DNA of 64,000 bases, from the NCBI GenBank assembly GCA_030390025.1, contig CM059433.1, positions 74,834,001-74,898,000 of the forward strand. Direction: 5' to 3'. This document shows, piece by piece, positions 60,924 through 64,000 of the stretch (within the stretch, counting starts at the first letter, position 1; each line of letters starts with the position of its first letter). The stretch comes from Squalus acanthias (lineage: Eukaryota). Position numbers and translations under genes: made by a program. Below the pieces are notes generated by a model. It did no database searches and was not told the DNA's origin. It saw nothing but the letters and a program-made list of their open reading frames with translations.

Positions 60924-63900
60924 TCTCTCTTTGAAGTTATTTTCTCCCTTCCCCCCACCCCTAAACCCCACCACCCCCATTCTTCCTGGGACACACCAAC
61001 TATTACTGGAGAGTGAGTAACTACTCTCAGAGCAACCAAGTGATGAATTGCTCTATGATTTTCTCTGTCCCTATTGGAGAAGTGACTGGGTTCCACGCTG
61101 CACCTATCCCTAGCAATGTAACTGAGATTGAGAACTGAGTGACGAGAGGTTGCATTTTGGTGCAACAGTATGGTGCACAACTGGTCATGTAGCTACTTGT
61201 TTTCTGAATAACCTCTGAAGCATCCTTCAAAATACAATATTTTAATTGATTAAAACTAAACTAATGTTTACATCTTTGTATATTCAAGATAAATACTCAA
61301 GTACATCAGCCAGAATAAAATTTGAAAAAAATAATTCAGAGAAAAAAAAGATAACAAGTCATGTGATCTGTATTTGAACCATCCTTCACTGCTTTAGAAA
61401 ATATAATATTCAGACAAGCACAAACATTTAATTTAGAAAATGCATTTTTTGGTTTTCAGCTGGAGCAAATATTTCCTTTGGAAGTGGTTAAAGAAAAATG
61501 AAGAATATTCTTTGATCAAGATCTGTTTTAAATTTTAGTAGCATAAAGTGTGGGAAGATCATGGCTAAAGAACATAAAGAAAATAAAATGTTGTGCCGGA
61601 AATCTTTCCCAGCTGTGCACTGACGACTCTGTTATTCAGATCCAGATGTCAAAAAAAAGTTCAAATAACTTTATAATTTTTCAAAACAACTTCAACTTTG
61701 GTAAAAAAAAAAGAAATGTTCACCAGGCACAGCACCGTTAAAAAAATGGAACAGGTACAGCTTTACAGCTTTCAATTACTTATAACTGCTATGGATTTTT
61801 TAATGATTGTAAAGTAATACTATACACCCACTGCATATAAACACTGACTGCAGCTGATGGCAACAATTTACACTACAGCTCCAAGAATGCAGTTCATATT
61901 TGTTCTACATTATCCTTGAACATTTAAAAAATATATAAACTATGGCCTGTCCACTTTAATATCGCCTCACAGTCTAGTTTCTACTGCTTGTGGAAATTAC
62001 TCACTGACAACTATTGCCCAGCGCAAGCACAGTTAAACATAGAAATACTGAAGTTGCTGTCAGAGATACCCTGCTCCTCCACAGGGTGCGCTGTTGCCAT
62101 CTTCGCAGATGCAATCAACACAGAATCCGTGAACTTCAACTACTTACGCACTATTCTTGCTATTAAAATGAAATGTTAAGCCTTGTTTGATCAGGAGTAA
62201 CTGAGTTTTTAATGGTGTACTAAGCCATAATTACAGCTGAACAACCTCACTAGTCCTGAAAAACTAATTTTACAAGCGTGGAGTCTCATTCCCCGAGAAC
62301 ATTTAAAAATTGGATGATTTTTAAAATCATAAATAATAATTTAAATTTTATTACATTTTTGGCTTCTGAGCTACCTGCGTGATGCACATCTCATCCTTCT
62401 GCATTCAAGCTATTCTCAACCTGCATATAATGCTTATATTAAGAGAATAAAATGAGATTCCAGTTTATTTTGACTTTCTGCAAGATCTCACAATATCACA
62501 AAGCAGCAATAACTCCCAAAGTGATACAGAATTCCTGCTATTAAAATCAATTATATATCAATGCAAGCATCCCAAGATATATTGAGCAGGAGTTTCCACT
62601 AGGTTGCACTGGTTTTTTTCAGCGCAATTCGCCCGAAATAGGCCAAATCAGCGCAAACGATCGCGGAATTTTAAGCGCAAATTACGTTCAACGCAAATTG
62701 AGTTTCCGTGATCTTTTGCATTAGTTTTAAAAGCATCACGCTAAAACCAGCCCCGCCAACAAAACTGGCCATGCCCCCAGATTGAATTAATCACTATTGC
62801 AAGTTTCGGCTAATTGCGTCTGTTTTTGGGCCTTCGAGGAGGCTCTAAAAATTAAGCTTTTTTTTTTTAGGTGCAAGGAGCTAGTATAAATATTTTAGCT
62901 CCACAGCTGAAATAGAATTTTTAAAAATTACATTTTGAAATTTACCAGCAGACATGGATAGATGTAGAACCCATGTTTATTAATTCAATTCCACAAGGCA
63001 TGCTGTTAATGTGGTACTAATGTGGTCATAAAACAGATTTATGGGAACAGCATCACAGCTACAGTCTGATGTATGCAACGGAACTAGTCAGTGGGATGAG
63101 CTATAACTCTCTGCAGTGATCAAGGAGAAATTTCAACATATACTTAAATGTTTCTATTTATTTATGTGAAGTAAAGTAAATTTTAAAAAATATATACTGA
63201 CTCGAAATACCCTTCAGCCTGCATTTGGACTTCGATGAGGGATAGTGATTGAACGTAAAGGGAACTGTAATCTGCCTTAGCAACTGCCTATGAATGCTAA
63301 ACCCTCTGCTGAATAATCCCTGCTCACTGGGCTTTGGCATGCCAACCTGACTCGATTAGAGCCTTGTGAGTAAATTCATCGACTAAGTGCATCAGTATGT
63401 TTGGAATCATGATCGGAGGAGGTTAATTTCAGAATTAACATCCTGTGCGGTATATTTCCCATGCTGAGAAATAATTAGGAGGAAAACAATCAAATCTGTG
63501 TCTGTGTTAAATATCAGTTGCACTGACTGCTGGTCTATTCCATACACTCAGTTCTTCTGGAGACAGACGTTATGTACATAAGCGCAGACTCTTATGACTA
63601 TAATGCAAAAGAAAGCAGGAATGAGTAACTCCACAAATATTGCTTGTTGCAGTATATAGGAGATCTGAAGAAAGAGCTTTACTTTGGGGTTGGAGCCCCA
63701 GGAGTGAATAAGGGGAGGCCTTGAGCAACTCATGAGTTTAAAACTTCTGTAACTTTGAAACTTTGGTCAAGGAGGTGTTCTGGAATGGCTCCCTGTGGAT
63801 CCATTGGTTTTGGAGCTACAAGTTCTCTCTCCCCCACCTCCCCACAACATGTTTATTTCTTCCTTTCTCCCCTCCTCGCCTGAGGGTGCAGACTCATGCT

Positions 63901-64000
63901 TGGATACACTTTGAGTGGTAATGGCAGCTCTCTTGAATCTCACCCAAGTGGTGATTCTTCATTCGTGCACTTTGACAGTTGTAATGTATTATCACATGGT

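Noticed and set aside
1-64000. CRISPR arrays or prokaryotic defence/operon systems
   Set aside because: This is spliced eukaryotic gene context, with no regularly spaced repeat-spacer arrays or compact gene clusters seen.

Overview
Vertebrate genomic DNA, most likely from a cartilaginous fish (shark or ray). That assignment is inferred from an HE1/V-SINE-type SINE that shares its tail with CR1 LINEs. The only host gene is laminin subunit alpha-2 (LAMA2) on the minus strand. Four GT-AG coding exons of the laminin N-terminal (LN) domain splice in frame: 44125-43955, 40648-40536, 5340-5098 and 428-249 (171, 113, 243 and 180 bp). Everything else is intron, densely packed with nested mobile elements: CR1 and L2 LINEs, a tRNA-derived SINE, Penelope-like ends with degenerate hammerhead ribozyme cores, two solo LTRs, a Tigger/pogo-type MITE and a hAT MITE. 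The largest group is PIF/Harbinger elements: one decayed HARBI1-like transposase, three copies of a ~1.8 kb derivative that keeps a Myb/SANT exon, and several GC-rich MITE families with 3-bp TSDs. I cannot establish a clearly new biological system from the sequence alone. The best leads are a Myb/SANT exon in phase with LAMA2 exon 4, apparent targeting of Harbinger insertions into retroelement 3' ends, and inverted MITE pairs around LAMA2 exons. Element boundaries were read by eye; family names need database confirmation.
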